Shown here: positions 1-11,770 of the stretch, one piece after another
Layout: the number at the start of each line of letters is the position of its first letter
Numbering within the stretch: the first letter of the stretch is position 1
NCBI GenBank assembly: GCA_043228905.1
Contig: JBHGNT010000240.1
Location: forward strand, 1-45,957
Source: Azolla caroliniana
Taxonomy: Eukaryota > Plantae > Polypodiophyta
DNA length: 45,957 nucleotides
Direction of reading: 5' to 3'
Translations under genes and position numbers: made by a program
The notes under the pieces: generated by a model
The model's database searches: none
Seen by the model: the letters and a program-made list of their open reading frames with translations, nothing else
What the model was told of the DNA's origin: nothing

Positions 1-107
1 ATGTGTGGAGCATAGAGAGTTCAAGGTAACTTGAACTAAGAGTGGAGGTGGCTAGCTACTCGTAAAGGGTTTTGGCCAACCAAAACTGGATCGGCGATGG
101 AGCCGGT

Positions 108-355
108 GATCCGACGGCATCCGACGGCAATCCGGTGGCGGCATCCGACCGCAATCCGGCGGCGGCATGTGGCACCGGTATCCGGCGTCGGCATTCGGCG
201 GCGGCACTGGTATCCGGCGACGGTATCCGGCGACCGAGGCATCCAGCGGTGGCACCGGTATCCGGCAAACCGGCGACTAGATAAAATAAATATATAAATA
301 TATATACATATTTACACTAGATAAAATAAATATATAAATATATATACATATTTAC
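108..355. repeat. GC-rich ATCCGG(CGGCGGC)-type tandem array plus a 40-bp AT-rich duplication inside the 5' LTR
   Basis: About a dozen degenerate 10-19 nt units, most starting ATCC (108-275). ACTAGATAAAATAAA...TTTAC occurs at 276-315 and 316-355. The 3' LTR has a much shorter array and one AT unit. Confidence 0.9.
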
Positions 356-363
356 ATATACAA

Positions 364-437
364 GGAGGGCAAGTATGGATTCGAACCTTGCACCTCCAAG
401 TTAGGAGTCACTTGGCTTACCATTAAGCCATGCTATT
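364..437 (-). promoter_or_regulatory. tRNA-like Pol III type-2 promoter cassette (A box + B box) in the element 1 LTR, antisense to the element
   Basis: Minus strand reads A box TGGCTTAATGG (430-420), a 32-nt gap, then B box GGTTCGAATCC (387-377). D-arm-like stem TGGCTT/AAGCCA. The acceptor stem does not pair. Confidence 0.7.
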
Positions 438-841
438 TAGTTAAAATTATATTTCTATCATTGTACTTTTACATGTAAATTCTCATACATGAGAGCTAAA
501 ATGAGTGACATGGTTAGCATGCACCACATGTAATACTTAAGCGCCAAATGGCAAACATGCAATTTATGCATGTCTTGTACCCTCACATGCATCATATGCA
601 TGAGAGCATCTATAAAAGAGGGAAGGGGGAGGAGAAAAAACACGGGTTTTTTTTATGAAAATTAAGAGGAAGAAATTCGTTATTAAAATTGATCATGTAA
701 TCTCAACTTCTCTCTTTCCCAATCTATCTTAAGTACTTTCTCGCCAAATCTTGTATCGACTCTAAATCCTTCTGGTCCAGAACCCCGGCGGTTCCGCCTC
801 ACGATTCGCGCGTAGTGACGGATCTTCACGACATAATTAAG

Positions 842-859
842 TGGTGAACCCGACGTGAA
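842..859 (+). other. Primer binding site complementary to the 3' end of tRNA-Trp(CCA)
   Basis: TGGTGAACCCGACGTGAA matches 18 nt of the plant cytosolic tRNA-Trp 3' end (...TTCACGTCGGGTTCACCA, recalled from memory). It lies 8 nt after the LTR end. Confidence 0.85.
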
Positions 860-894
860 AGAGGCGGTAGGAAGGATCAAGTCGAGATTAATAC

Positions 895-3099
895 TTGGAG
901 ATGGCGTCCTCAAGAAACCAAGCAGGAGAGCTCGAAAGGATGATGCTAATCGTCGAGCAAATGATGAGATCTCGGGACAACGACGCGAGCGTGGAGAAGG
1001 CTGTCGATCGTGTCGTAGAGCTCGAGGGCCAATTCGATGGAAGGAACGTTACGAAGTTCCTTGATGCATATAAGAGGGAGATGAATCAAAGGGACGTGTC
1101 CGAGGCACGTCAAATCGCAAGCTTCAAGAGAGTTGTCGCCAACAACCTCCAAAGACGCGTCATCGAGCTTCAAGAAGGAAAGACAACATGGTCCGAGTTC
1201 GAGAAAACGATACTAGCGGAGTTCGTGACTGAAGACTCAACGAGGATGACTCGACATGCCCTGATGAAGTGGATAGAGAAGAAGAATAAGAAGATGAGCG
1301 TCTCGAGGGTGTACGACGAATTCGACCAGATGTTTAGTCGTCTCCCCAATACGGACCAAGTGTTGCTTGAAGAGGACAAGACTTTGTACTTCTTGAAGGC
1401 CGTGGACATAAAGGATAGACGGGAGTTGGGGACTCTTCTCGAAGATGATACCCAAGCAAATGGGCTCGTAGCGGACTGGATCGCGGTGAAGCGGGCATGC
1501 AATAGGCTCGACAAGCGTTGCCAATGGGTTGATGACACCGACATGACGGGACCGACTACCACGGAGAAAGCAAGACCGCCGAAAGTAGCTGAGCCGCCAA
1601 GACAAAGTAACGTGGAAGAAAAGAAGATTGATGACGACATCATTGAAGAGCTAGCGAAGAAGTTCGAGAAGGTCACTCTAGCCAACATGAATCGTCGGGG
1701 CCCTAAAGGAAAAGAACCCTTTAGATGCGTGTGGTGCGATAGCATGGACCACATGAGAAGGGATTGTGCGAGCCTTTGAGAGGCGATTCGACAAAATATC
1801 GTATACATAGAGGACAACATGATCTGCTCAAGCGAGACTAGAAGACCCCTACGGGTGAATTTCGGAAGAGGAGGAATGAAGAGATCTATGGAGGATGCCG
1901 ATGCGACTCATGTGGATGCGATGCACTATGCTGCGTCGGCCGGAATAAGAGTCGGGAAAGACAAGACTGAAGCTGCTAGAGTGGGAGCAAAGTTTTGGAC
2001 TTCCGTTCTCGAATATGAGAAGAAGGGAAAAATCACATCGAACGAGGTAGAGCTTGCGGACCGAAGCGTGCAAAGCATAACTGGGTGGTCGGATCCGGTG
2101 GACGACAACACCATACTCGCAGAGGTGATGTGCGACAACCACGAGGTGTTCATCGAAGAAAAGAGAAAGAGAATAGAAGAGCAAGGGCCATCAAAAAGAC
2201 ATGAAACAAGGAATGCGAAAAAGAAGGATGATGCGGAGACGAGTTGACCTTTACAAACGGAGGAATGAGAATCAAGCCGAAAAGGGGAGCCAAGCATACG
2301 AGTTGAAGAAACGGTTCGGCCCGTGAAGGTTGGTGTCGAAGACCCCGCTCGGAGGACAAGGACCATACCTACCTATAAGCTAAGGTCGGACAAAGAGCAG
2401 ACGACGGACCTAAAGAAGATTCTCGAAGAATGAGTTCTTGATAGCCACGTAACTTTGTCCTTGAGGGAGTTGCTTGGCATTACGAAGAAGGAGTTCCATG
2501 ACACAATCGTGGACCTTGTAAAGAGAAAGAGACAACAATCGGACGAGGAAGAAGAGAAGCCGCAGAAAGCAAAAACGAATGCCATAACGATGGCAAGAGA
2601 CGAAATCGATGAAGATATGGTGGACAGCCACTACACTCGACCTCATTGGGCACGAGCGACAATGGAGACGCCGGTGAAGATCGGGGAGAAGAAAGAGACC
2701 GTCGTAGCCTTGATCGACCACGGCTCGGAGATCAACCTCATGTCAACCGACTTCTACAAAAAGGGAAGATGGCCAATCAATACAAACCACGGATGGAAGA
2801 TTCGCGCGGCAACAAAGTCTACGGAGGACTTGTACGGAGCTTGTCCCAATGTCAAAGTCACGATCGGGGATGTGGAGATGGATCAACACTTCTTCGTACA
2901 AGAATCGGCGTCGCATCCTGTCATCCTAGGGCAACCTTATATCACATCATCTCGGATGGAGACCAGAGTGTTCGATAATGGAGCAGCCTTCACACGAATA
3001 AAGAGTCTTGACAACCAAAGATCAGTCCAATTCCTAACAGTGCGAGCCAATCATGAAAGGAATCGAGATAGTCTCGGAGGCGAATCCTCGGATTTTTAG
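895..3099 (+). pseudogene. gag: Element 1 gag-protease ORF, interrupted by in-frame stops
   Basis: ORFs at 895, 1819 and 2455 share one frame. Zinc knuckle CVWCDSMDHMRRDC; aspartic protease motif ALIDHGSEINLM. TGA stops near 1777, 2245, 2266 and 2431. Confidence 0.88.
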
Positions 3100-3134
3100 A
3101 GCGGACTATTGAAGCATGGGGCACAAATAGTCCG
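3090..3134 (+). other. Putative -1 ribosomal frameshift signal (G GAT TTT plus hairpin)
   Basis: Heptamer 3090-3096 sits directly before the gag-PR stop. After a 5-nt spacer there is a 9-bp stem CGGACTATT (3102-3110)/AATAGTCCG (3126-3134). The -1 frame is open into RT. Confidence 0.7.
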
Positions 3135-6100
3135 AGCAATCACAAGACCTCACAAGAAAGAAGAGCGCGTGGATTGCAAGGAGAAGCAACATGTGTCACA
3201 CCTAGTGGCGCATGTAAACTAGTACTACTTGACAAGAAGCACAAGCACCGGATACAAGAATTTGAGAAGATGCTGAAAGAAGAGAACATAATAGAAGAAG
3301 GGGAGTTCGTGACTCATATTATGGAAGAAGCCTCATTTAACGACACCATCGGCGAAATCGAGGACGTCGTGGACTTGAGTTATCTTCACAACCAATGCGT
3401 GATTTCGGTTAACTCCGTCAACATCGATGAATACCGTCGTGGCATCTCGATGAAGGAAGCTGACATCAACACGAAATATAAAACGGTGGATAAGAAGATC
3501 AAGCCAGTTGCGGTTCCGCTACCGGAAGATAGCTGGCAAAAGATGAAGGAAGTCGCTAACGATCCAAGCTTAAGAGATCCGAAGAAGATAGGTCATGACT
3601 TCACCAAAGAGACGAAGGGGAAGCTACGAGTTGGAAAGGAGGATTTCCTTCTCCCTGAAGAGGAGCGAATGTTTCGCGATATGCTTGAGAGACATGGGAA
3701 GGCTTTCGCATTCTTCCCACGAGAAATCGGATGCGCCGACCCAAAGGTTATAGAGCCAATGGTGATCTTCACGGTGCCTCATGTGCCTTGGAACTTGAAA
3801 CCGATACCGGTTCCGAGAGCACACCTTCCGAAGTTGATCGAGCTCTTAAAGGAGAAGGTGAGTATGGGAATTCTAGAACCGTCGAATGCTCCTTATTCCA
3901 ATAGGTGGTTCACGTTGCCGAAGAAGAATGGATCATTGCGATTCATCGAAGATCTTCAACCCGTCAACAAGGTGACAATTTGAAATGCTGGAATCGGTCT
4001 GAGCGTGGACGAATTTGCCGAAGCGTTTGCGGGCCAGTCCATCTACTCCATTGGCGATCTCTACTCCGGATATGACCAATTCCAATTGGTGATCGACAGT
4101 CGGGACATTACAACCATGAGGACTCCGATCGGGCTTGTGCGGATGTGTACCTTACCCCAAGGCGCAACGAACTCGGTGGCTCATATGGTGAATGCCATGA
4201 ATAAAGTCTTGAAGGATTGCATTCCGGACATCACGATGCCATTCTTGGATGATATTCCAATAAAAGGATGTTCGGATGAGGAGAAAGATGAATCGAAAGA
4301 TAAGGAAGGTTGTAGAAAGTTCGTTGCGGATCATATGAAAGATTGCGAGAAGGTGCTTCAAAGGCTCGAAGATGCGAATTTGACATTTTCGGGAGAAAAA
4401 TCCGCATTCGGGCAACCGAAGATCTTGGTGGTAGGTCACTTGTGTGGAGCATACAGCCGGAAGCCCTCGCCATCCAAAGTGAACGCAATCCAAGACATGA
4501 AAGAAGAATGCGAAAACCAAACGGAGGTTCGAAGGTTCCTTGGAGCGTGCGCGTTTTATCATATATGGATTCCTCACTACGCTCATGTCGTCGAACCGTT
4601 GTATGGAGACTACTAAAGAAAAGAATAAAGTTCGAATGGCGAGACGAGCACACAGAGGCGATGCGAAGATTAAAGAAACTGCTTCTTGAAGCTCCGGCAC
4701 TAAGGAAGGCCGACTATGCCAAAGGGAAACCAATTTACGTGACCGTAGATACGAGCCCAACCGGAATCGGGTGGGTCATCAATCAAGAAGGTGAAGATAA
4801 TGCGCGATATGCCGTCCGGTTCGGAGCAAAGGTTCTCAGCGAACGGCAACAAAGATATGCCCAAGTCAAGCGGGAACTTTGGGGTATTGTGTCGACAGTG
4901 AAGACGGACAAAGATTACCTGATCGGGTCAGAAGTGATAATAGAGACAGATTGTCTCCCAATTCTCGGAATGGTCTTGGGATGTGCGACCCCAGATCTTG
5001 CTATGCTAAGGTGGATCGCCTACATCAAGTCTTTAAACCCAGAGATCCGTCACATCGCAGGGAAGAAGAACGCCATGGCTGACATGCTGTCGAGGGCAAG
5101 ATTTTCAAATGGAAGTAACATGGTTTCGGAAGATGAAGATGTCACCCTCGACTTCTTCAAGATGGCTCGATTGTCGGCGGAAGACCAGGACACGCAAACC
5201 CTCCACGCCTTCAACGAGAACGAGTACGAAGGAGAATGGTTACTCATCGGTAGATTCCTAAGAACATTGATGACAGATGCTTCGTTGACAAAGGAGGAGG
5301 CCCTACGAATCCGAAAGAAAACTTATCGATACTTCTTGAAGGGAGGATTCCTTTGGCGACATCCAAAAAGAAGGACAGGAATACCACGTTGAGTGGTGGT
5401 AAAGAAAGAAGAGCAAGAGACGCTGATGACCGAATTCCACGAGAGTGCTTCGGCAGGTCATAGAGGAACATGGGCGACGTTCGAAAAATTGAAGGAGAAG
5501 TACTGGTGGCCAAGCATGTACAAAGATGTACTCCATTTCGTGTCCAGATGTGAAACTTACCAAATATATTCAAATATACGTCATCGTGATGAGTTAAAAC
5601 CGACATACCCACTCACCATTCACTTCAAATGGATGGTGGATCTGGTCTCGATGCCAATGGGAGTGGGACAAATGAAGTACTTAGCGCTCGCAAGGGAAGA
5701 CTTGACAAATCAAGTGGAAGGACGAGCCTTGACAAATAAGACGACTTCAGCCGTTTGTATATTTTTACTTGAAGATGTTGTTTGCCGATATGGATGTGTA
5801 GGGAAGATAGTGGCCGACCGAGGGGAGTTGGACGCGCACGAAGCGACGGAGCTCTTCGAAAGACTAGGCGTGAAGCTCTCCCTCACGACTGCTTACAATC
5901 CGGAAGCAAATGGGAAGATCGAGCGAGGGCATGGACCTATCGTTAAAGCCATCGTACGGGCATGCAACGGTCGAGTTGGGAATTGGCCACGACTATTACC
6001 CTATGCCTTGTGGGCCGATAGAACGACACATAGCTTGGTGACAGGGTATATGCCAACGGAGCTTATGTATGGACAAAAGCCGATTATGCCCATCGAAAGG

Positions 6101-6556
6101 ACGATCGCCTCATGGGTAGCGATACCGTGGGAGAACGAGATGAGCCGAGAAGAGTTATTAGCGGCGCGGATAAGGCAACTTGAAAGAAGACCTGAAGATT
6201 TAGAAAAAGCGCGAAAGATGATGAAGGCAGCCCGAGTAAAGAACAAAGTTCGGTTCGACAACACGCATCGACTTCGTCCCAAGAAGATTGAAGAAGGGGA
6301 TTGGGTTTTGGTTTACGACAGCACCCTTGACAATCAACATAGTACAACAAGGAAGTTCGCAAGAAGATGGTTCGGGCCGTATGTGGTGACAAGTGCCAAC
6401 GATAATGCCACATACCACCTTGCGGAACTAGACGGATCAAGGTTGGCCGTACCCATTGCGGGAAAAAGAGTAAAGCTTTTCAAGAAAAGACAAGACAAGG
6501 ATCCTGACCTCGATTACCTCGACGATGAACATAATAGGCCGAATGAAGGAATCTAA
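3090..6556 (+). pseudogene. pol: Element 1 pol (RT-RNase H-integrase), disrupted
   Basis: RT motifs DLYSGYDQ, LPQGATNS and PFLDD; RNase H VDTSPTGIG and ETDCLP; integrase HRG..T and YNPEANGKIER; GPY module WFGPY; no chromodomain. Stops at 3981 and 5390, frameshift near 4608. Confidence 0.92.
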
Positions 6557-6632
6557 TTGATCATCGTAGCCGAAATCTCACTTCTTCTCTTCTTGGCACG
6601 TACCGGAGGACGTGCGGTTTGGTGGGGGTGGA

Positions 6633-7602
6633 TGTCGTGAAGATTTTCGGCAATAGTGTAAAAATCCCATAAAACGTACGAAATCGAGTATGAATCACGT
6701 AATACAATAATTGTGAAGATAACATTTTTAATATCTAAGTACAAAATGATGGAGGTTTCGAATGCACTTTATTACACGAGAAATGGACAACTAAATGTCA
6801 AGATATGAGGGTATAAAGTTTGTGAAAAGAAATGAGAAAATTATGAGATATCCCACATAGGCACTACAAATACGGCTCTCATCATATATAAGGTGGAGCA
6901 AAAGATATTATCTTTGTGTTTATGTGTGGAGCATAGAGAGTTCAAGGTAACTTGAACTAAGAGTGGAGGTGGCTAGCTACTCGTAAAGGGTTTTGGCCAA
7001 CCAAAACCGGACCGGCGATGGAGCCGGTGATCCGCCGGCGGCATGCGGCGTCGGCATCCGGTGATGGTATCCGGCGAACCGGCGACTAGATAAAATAAAT
7101 ATATAAATATATATACATATTTACATATACAAGGAGGGCAAGTATGGATTCAAACCTTGCACCTCCAAGTTAGGAGTCAATTGGCTTACCATTAAGCCAT
7201 GCTATTTAGTTAAAATTATATTTCTATCATTGTACTTTTACATGTAAATTCTCATACATGAGAGCTAAAATGAGTGACATGGTTAGCATGCACCACATGT
7301 AATACTTAAGCGCCAAATGGCAAACATGCAATTTATGCATGTCTTGTACCCTCACATGCATCATATGCATGAGAGCATCTATAAAAGAGGGAAGGGGGAG
7401 GAGAAAAAACACGGGTTTTTTTTATGAAAATTAAGAGGAAGAAATTCGTTATTAAAATTGATCGTGTAATCTCAACTTCTCTCTTTCCCAATCTATCTTA
7501 AGTACTTTCTCGCCAAAGCTTGTATCGACTCTAAATCCTTCTGGTCCAGAACCTCGGCGGTTCCGCCTCACGATCCGCGCGTAGTGACGGATCTTCACGA
7601 CA
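6633..7602 (+). repeat. 3' LTR of element 1 (970 bp)
   Basis: 12-bp terminal inverted repeats TGTCGTGAAGAT...ATCTTCACGACA, preceded by PPT GGTGGGGGTGGA. TATA-like TATAAAAG near 7380. Second copy of the tRNA-like cassette at 7146-7199, with the B box mutated to GGTTTGAATCC. Confidence 0.95.
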
Positions 7603-10600
7603 ACGTCAAGGTGATCGTCCAACCTCCGCATACACTGCAGATTTTGGCCTACTCGCCTCCGATATCCCCTGGGATGACCAAGCACTAATGGAGCAATTTC
7701 GTTATGTTCTACGTAATGATGTCAAGGATTTACTCTTGACCTTCCCTGAAGAACCAAAGTCATTGACAGAAGCAATCAGTCGCGTGGTGAGATGCGACAA
7801 CCATCTTTTTGAACAATGTTCAGAACATCAATTCCAGATGCCAAGGGCAAGATCAGAGCTGACCTACAGCTCAGTGGTAGCAAAACCTTTTCCAAGGGAG
7901 TCATATAATGCGTCTCTAGTGAATACTCAAACTCCGATGGAAATTGACACTACACGTCGCCGCGAACCATTATCGGAAGAAGAAAAGCAGTGATGCTGAG
8001 CAAATCGACTATGTCTTTATTGCGGTGGACCAGGACATATTGCAGTGAACTGTCCCCATAGGCCAAGAAGACAGGTAAACCAAATAGTTTCTAGTTCTAA
8101 TTGTACTAAACCCGAGTCTATTTCAGTAGGAATATTTGAATAGTACTAATAGCCCAAATCTATCAAACAAATTTGATGTCCTTAGTTAGAAGAAGAGTTA
8201 AACGACTAAGTCCAACCAAAATAGGAGCCATTTGGTTGGACAACCCTAGATCTGTGCAGCCCATTAGTGGTTCCATTCCCTCTAAGTTAGCAATGTGTTC
8301 TTAGCCCATGTAATAGTTAGTACTAAAAGTACCTCTCCAGTACATGTCTCAGCACTCCTAGATTCCGGAGCTAATTCTTGCTTCATGGATAGGAATTTTT
8401 CCTAAGCTCATGAGATATCCCTGAGAAAACTCTCGTGTCCAGCCTTTGTAGTAGTCATTAATGGTCGTCCCATTGCTTCCGGAAATATCATAGAAGAGTC
8501 AGAGCCTGTTAATATCAAGTCCTAGATAATTTAGCGTGTGTAGTATCCTTTAATATAATTAGTATCCCAGAACATCCCATTGTTTTGGGATTACCATGGT
8601 TCGAATTACATAGCCCAGACATAGATTGGAGAACAAGAGAAATCTAGTATCAACAAACCCAAGGATCTACTCATAAGATTGCAACCATTTCGCTACATCA
8701 TTTGCATGAGGAAGTCCGCAAGGGAGAAATGTTTCTCTTCGCAGTATCAATAAAACCCTCCAACACCACTAAAGAGGAGTCCACCATTCAACTTCAAGAG
8801 AAGAATCATCATTATGTTGATGTGTTCGATAAAGTACAAGCCAATACGCTTCCTCACCATCGACCGTATGATTGCCCATCGATTTACAACTGGGAAAAGA
8901 GCCACCATGGGGACCGATCTACAATTTGTCACCAACCGAGCTAGAAGTCCTTCGAGCCTATATAGAGGAGAATTTGGCAAATGGTTTCATTTGACATTCG
9001 AAATCTCCGGCCGGCGCACCCATTTTCTTCGTCAAGAAAAAGGATGGATCACTTCGTCTCGTCATAGATTATCGTGGCTTGAATAAGGTCACCATCAGGA
9101 ATAACTATGCACTTCCCCTTATCTCAAGTCTTTTAGAACGGATCAACGGTGCAAGGTTCTTCACAAAGATCGACATACGAGGAGCATATAACCTCTTACG
9201 GATCCGACCAAGAGATGAATGGAAGACCGCGTTTCGCCCCAAATATGGGCACTTCGAGTATACGGTCATGCCATTCGGCCTCACTAATGTGCCAGTAGTC
9301 TTCCAGCACATGCCAAATGATATATTCCGAGATCTCTTGGATGTTTGTTTGATCATCTATTTGGATGATCTACTGGTTTATTTGAAGAGCCAAGAGCATG
9401 ATTGTCATGTACTGTTAGTACTAAAACAACTTCGAGAACATGGTCTTTATGCAAAGCTGGAAAAATGTAGTTTCAAGTGCAACCAGGTAGAATTTCCTCG
9501 AAAGGCATCACCATGGATCCATCTAAGGTCAAAACGGTGGTAGAGTGGCAGACTCCGCGTTCATTGCGAGATGTGCAATGCTTTTTAGGCTTTGCCAATT
9601 TCTACCGCAAGTTTAGACAGGATTACTCAAAGCTTGTTCTGCCTCTCACACAACTTACCAGGAAGGGACAAACGTTCATTTGTTCTGAAGAAGCAGACAT
9701 GGCTTTTGAGAGTCTTAAGAAGGCATTTACATCAGCTCCTATTCTAGCTCATGTTGATCCGGAAAAACCATTCATCATCAAAGCAGATGCGTTGGATTTC
9801 ACCTTGGGTAGCATTTTGTCACAACAAGGCGATGATGAAAAGCTAATTCATGTGGCTTTCCACTCACGCAAGTTAGACACCGCCGAAATCAACTATGAAA
9901 TTCATGATAAGGAGCTATTAGCAATAGTGGACTCTTTTACGCAAGGGAGGCATTTTCTAGAGGGATCTTCTCATCAAGTCACCGTATTCAGTGATCACAA
10001 AAACCTTGCCTACTTTTAGAATGCTCGTGTGTTAAATCGACGTCAAGCTCGGTGGGCCCAATTCCTCACTCGTTTCAACTTCAAAATTACATATCATCCG
10101 AGGAAGCAACAAGGGAAGGCAAATGCATTATCACGACGCTCGTATCTAGCACCGTGTCATGACAAGCCAGCTTTCGATAACCAAAAGCAAGTAATCCTGG
10201 GACCGGCACAACTGCAAGCAATGCAGGTCTTCGATATGCCCTTGGATTCCCATGTTATTGATACCATACGTTAGGACTTGAAGATAGATGCTTTCGCCCA
10301 AGCCATTCTAGCACAAATTGATCCCTCTCGGGCATCTTGTTCACAGTCGCAACAACCAGGTACGAACTATCGACAATTCGAATGTCATGATGGATTACTA
10401 TTCTTTAAGAAACTCTTGTATGTTCCTAATGGTTCTTCTCACCTTTGAGTAGTCCAAAACTGTCATGATACATATATAGTTGGGCATTTTGGTAGTACTA
10501 AAACATTAGATTTAGTACAACGATCATTCTGGTGGCCCCATATACGACAAATTGTCGAAGATTTTGTTCGGACTTGTGATACATGTTGCAGAGCAAAAAT

Positions 10601-11770
10601 GCCAAGGCATCATCCATATGGTTTATTAGAACCATTGCCACTTCCAAGCAAGCTGTGGCAATCGATTGCTCTAGATTTCATCACAGATCTTCCGGTCTCT
10701 AAGGGATTTGATGCGATCTTAACAGTAGTAGATCGATATACGAAGATGGCCCATTTCCTCCATGTACTAAGGAAATCTCCAGTGAGGAAACCGCTGGATC
10801 TGTCATGCGTGAAGTATGTCAACATCATGGCCTTCCCGATAGTATCATCAGCGACCATGGACCCTAGTTCATCTCGAAATTGTGGAAGCACCTCTTGAAA
10901 ATGCTCAAGGTCACTTGTAACCTCACCTCCAGCCACCACCCGCAAACAGACGGCCAAGTAGAACGAACAAATCAAACGTTGGAGTGGTATCTTCAGTGCT
11001 TTCTAGACTATCATCAAGATGACTGAGCGGATATTCTCCACTTCGCTGAATTTGCGTATAATAACTCTATCCACGCATCGACAAAAGTTACACCATTTTA
11101 TGCTTATACGGGTTGTCACCCCCGGTGGCGTGTATTTGAAACCCTAGAGTTACCCACAAATCCTTGTGCAGAGGATCGTTTGGAGCGGTTACACAAGATA
11201 CAAGCGGATTTATCTACTCATCTACAACAAGTTCAACAAACATACAAGGTTTACGCGGATCGTCATCGGCTTCCATCCAGTTTTAACATTAGAGATCGGG
11301 TATGGCTACTACAACGACACATCAAGACTACTCGCCCATGCGAGAAGTTGGATTATCGGCGATTAGGTCCTTTCCATATTATCGGAAAAATTAATGATGT
11401 CACTTTTCGTCTCAATCTACCTCCACAGCTTCGGATACATCTGGTGTTTCATAGTTCTCTCCTCGAACCCTATCAAGATACCACCATCCCAGGTTGTATT
11501 AAACAACCTCCACCCCGATCAAACTTGAAGATGGACCTGAGTATGAGGTTGGCTGCCATCCTCGATTCCAAGATTGTTCGCAACAAGCTCTACTATTTAG
11601 TCGATTGGCTGGGATATAGTCCCAACGAGCGTACTTGGGAACCAATAGAGAATGTGACCAATGCTCGTGCTCTTCTTGAAGACTTCCATAGTCAATATCC
11701 AAACAAACCGGGTCCTCAATCCAAAATGACTCATGAAACTCATCATTTTAGAGGGGGGATATTGTCATGA
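7603..11770 (+). pseudogene. pol: Element 2 gag (partial) and pol with C-terminal chromodomain; many stops and frameshifts
   Basis: ORF fragments at 7688, 9079, 9477, 10029, 10599 and 11180 carry Ty3/Tf2 motifs ([36 protein letters not shown]). Chromodomain ILDSKIVRNKLYYLVDWLGYSPNERTWEP. Confidence 0.9.
8197..8248 (+). other. Putative -1 frameshift signal G TTA AAC plus hairpin/pseudoknot at the gag-pol junction
   Basis: Heptamer 8197-8203, 6-nt spacer, perfect 11-bp stem GTCCAACCAAA (8210-8220)/TTTGGTTGGAC (8231-8241). Loop TAGG can pair with CCTA at 8245-8248. Confidence 0.7.

Larger units (their letters stand above)
1..833 (+). repeat. 5' LTR of element 1 (partial; about 289 bp lie upstream of the window)
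   Basis: Position 1 aligns to 6922. Ends in ...ATCTTCACGACA, the same end as 7591-7602. Confidence 0.95.
1..7602 (+). mobile_element. Element 1: Ty3/gypsy non-chromovirus LTR retrotransposon, tRNA-Trp primed; 5' LTR starts before the window
   Basis: Near-identical LTRs (1-833 partial; 6633-7602), PBS 842-859, domain order gag-PR-RT-RH-INT, purine-rich PPT 6621-6632. Its right flank is gag sequence of element 2. Confidence 0.95.

Noticed and set aside
108-275. CRISPR-like array, or the short ORFs over the GC-rich repeats
   Set aside because: Degenerate adjoining units without unique spacers in a eukaryotic LTR. The ORFs are artefacts of stop-poor repeats.
364-437. Functional tRNA-Arg(CCT) or tRNA-Trp gene
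   Set aside because: The acceptor and canonical anticodon stems do not pair, so it is kept only as a tRNA-like cassette.
1170-2366. Long antisense ORFs over gag (also at 4152-4760 and 14977-15651)
   Set aside because: Shadow frames of coding sequence with no recognisable motifs.
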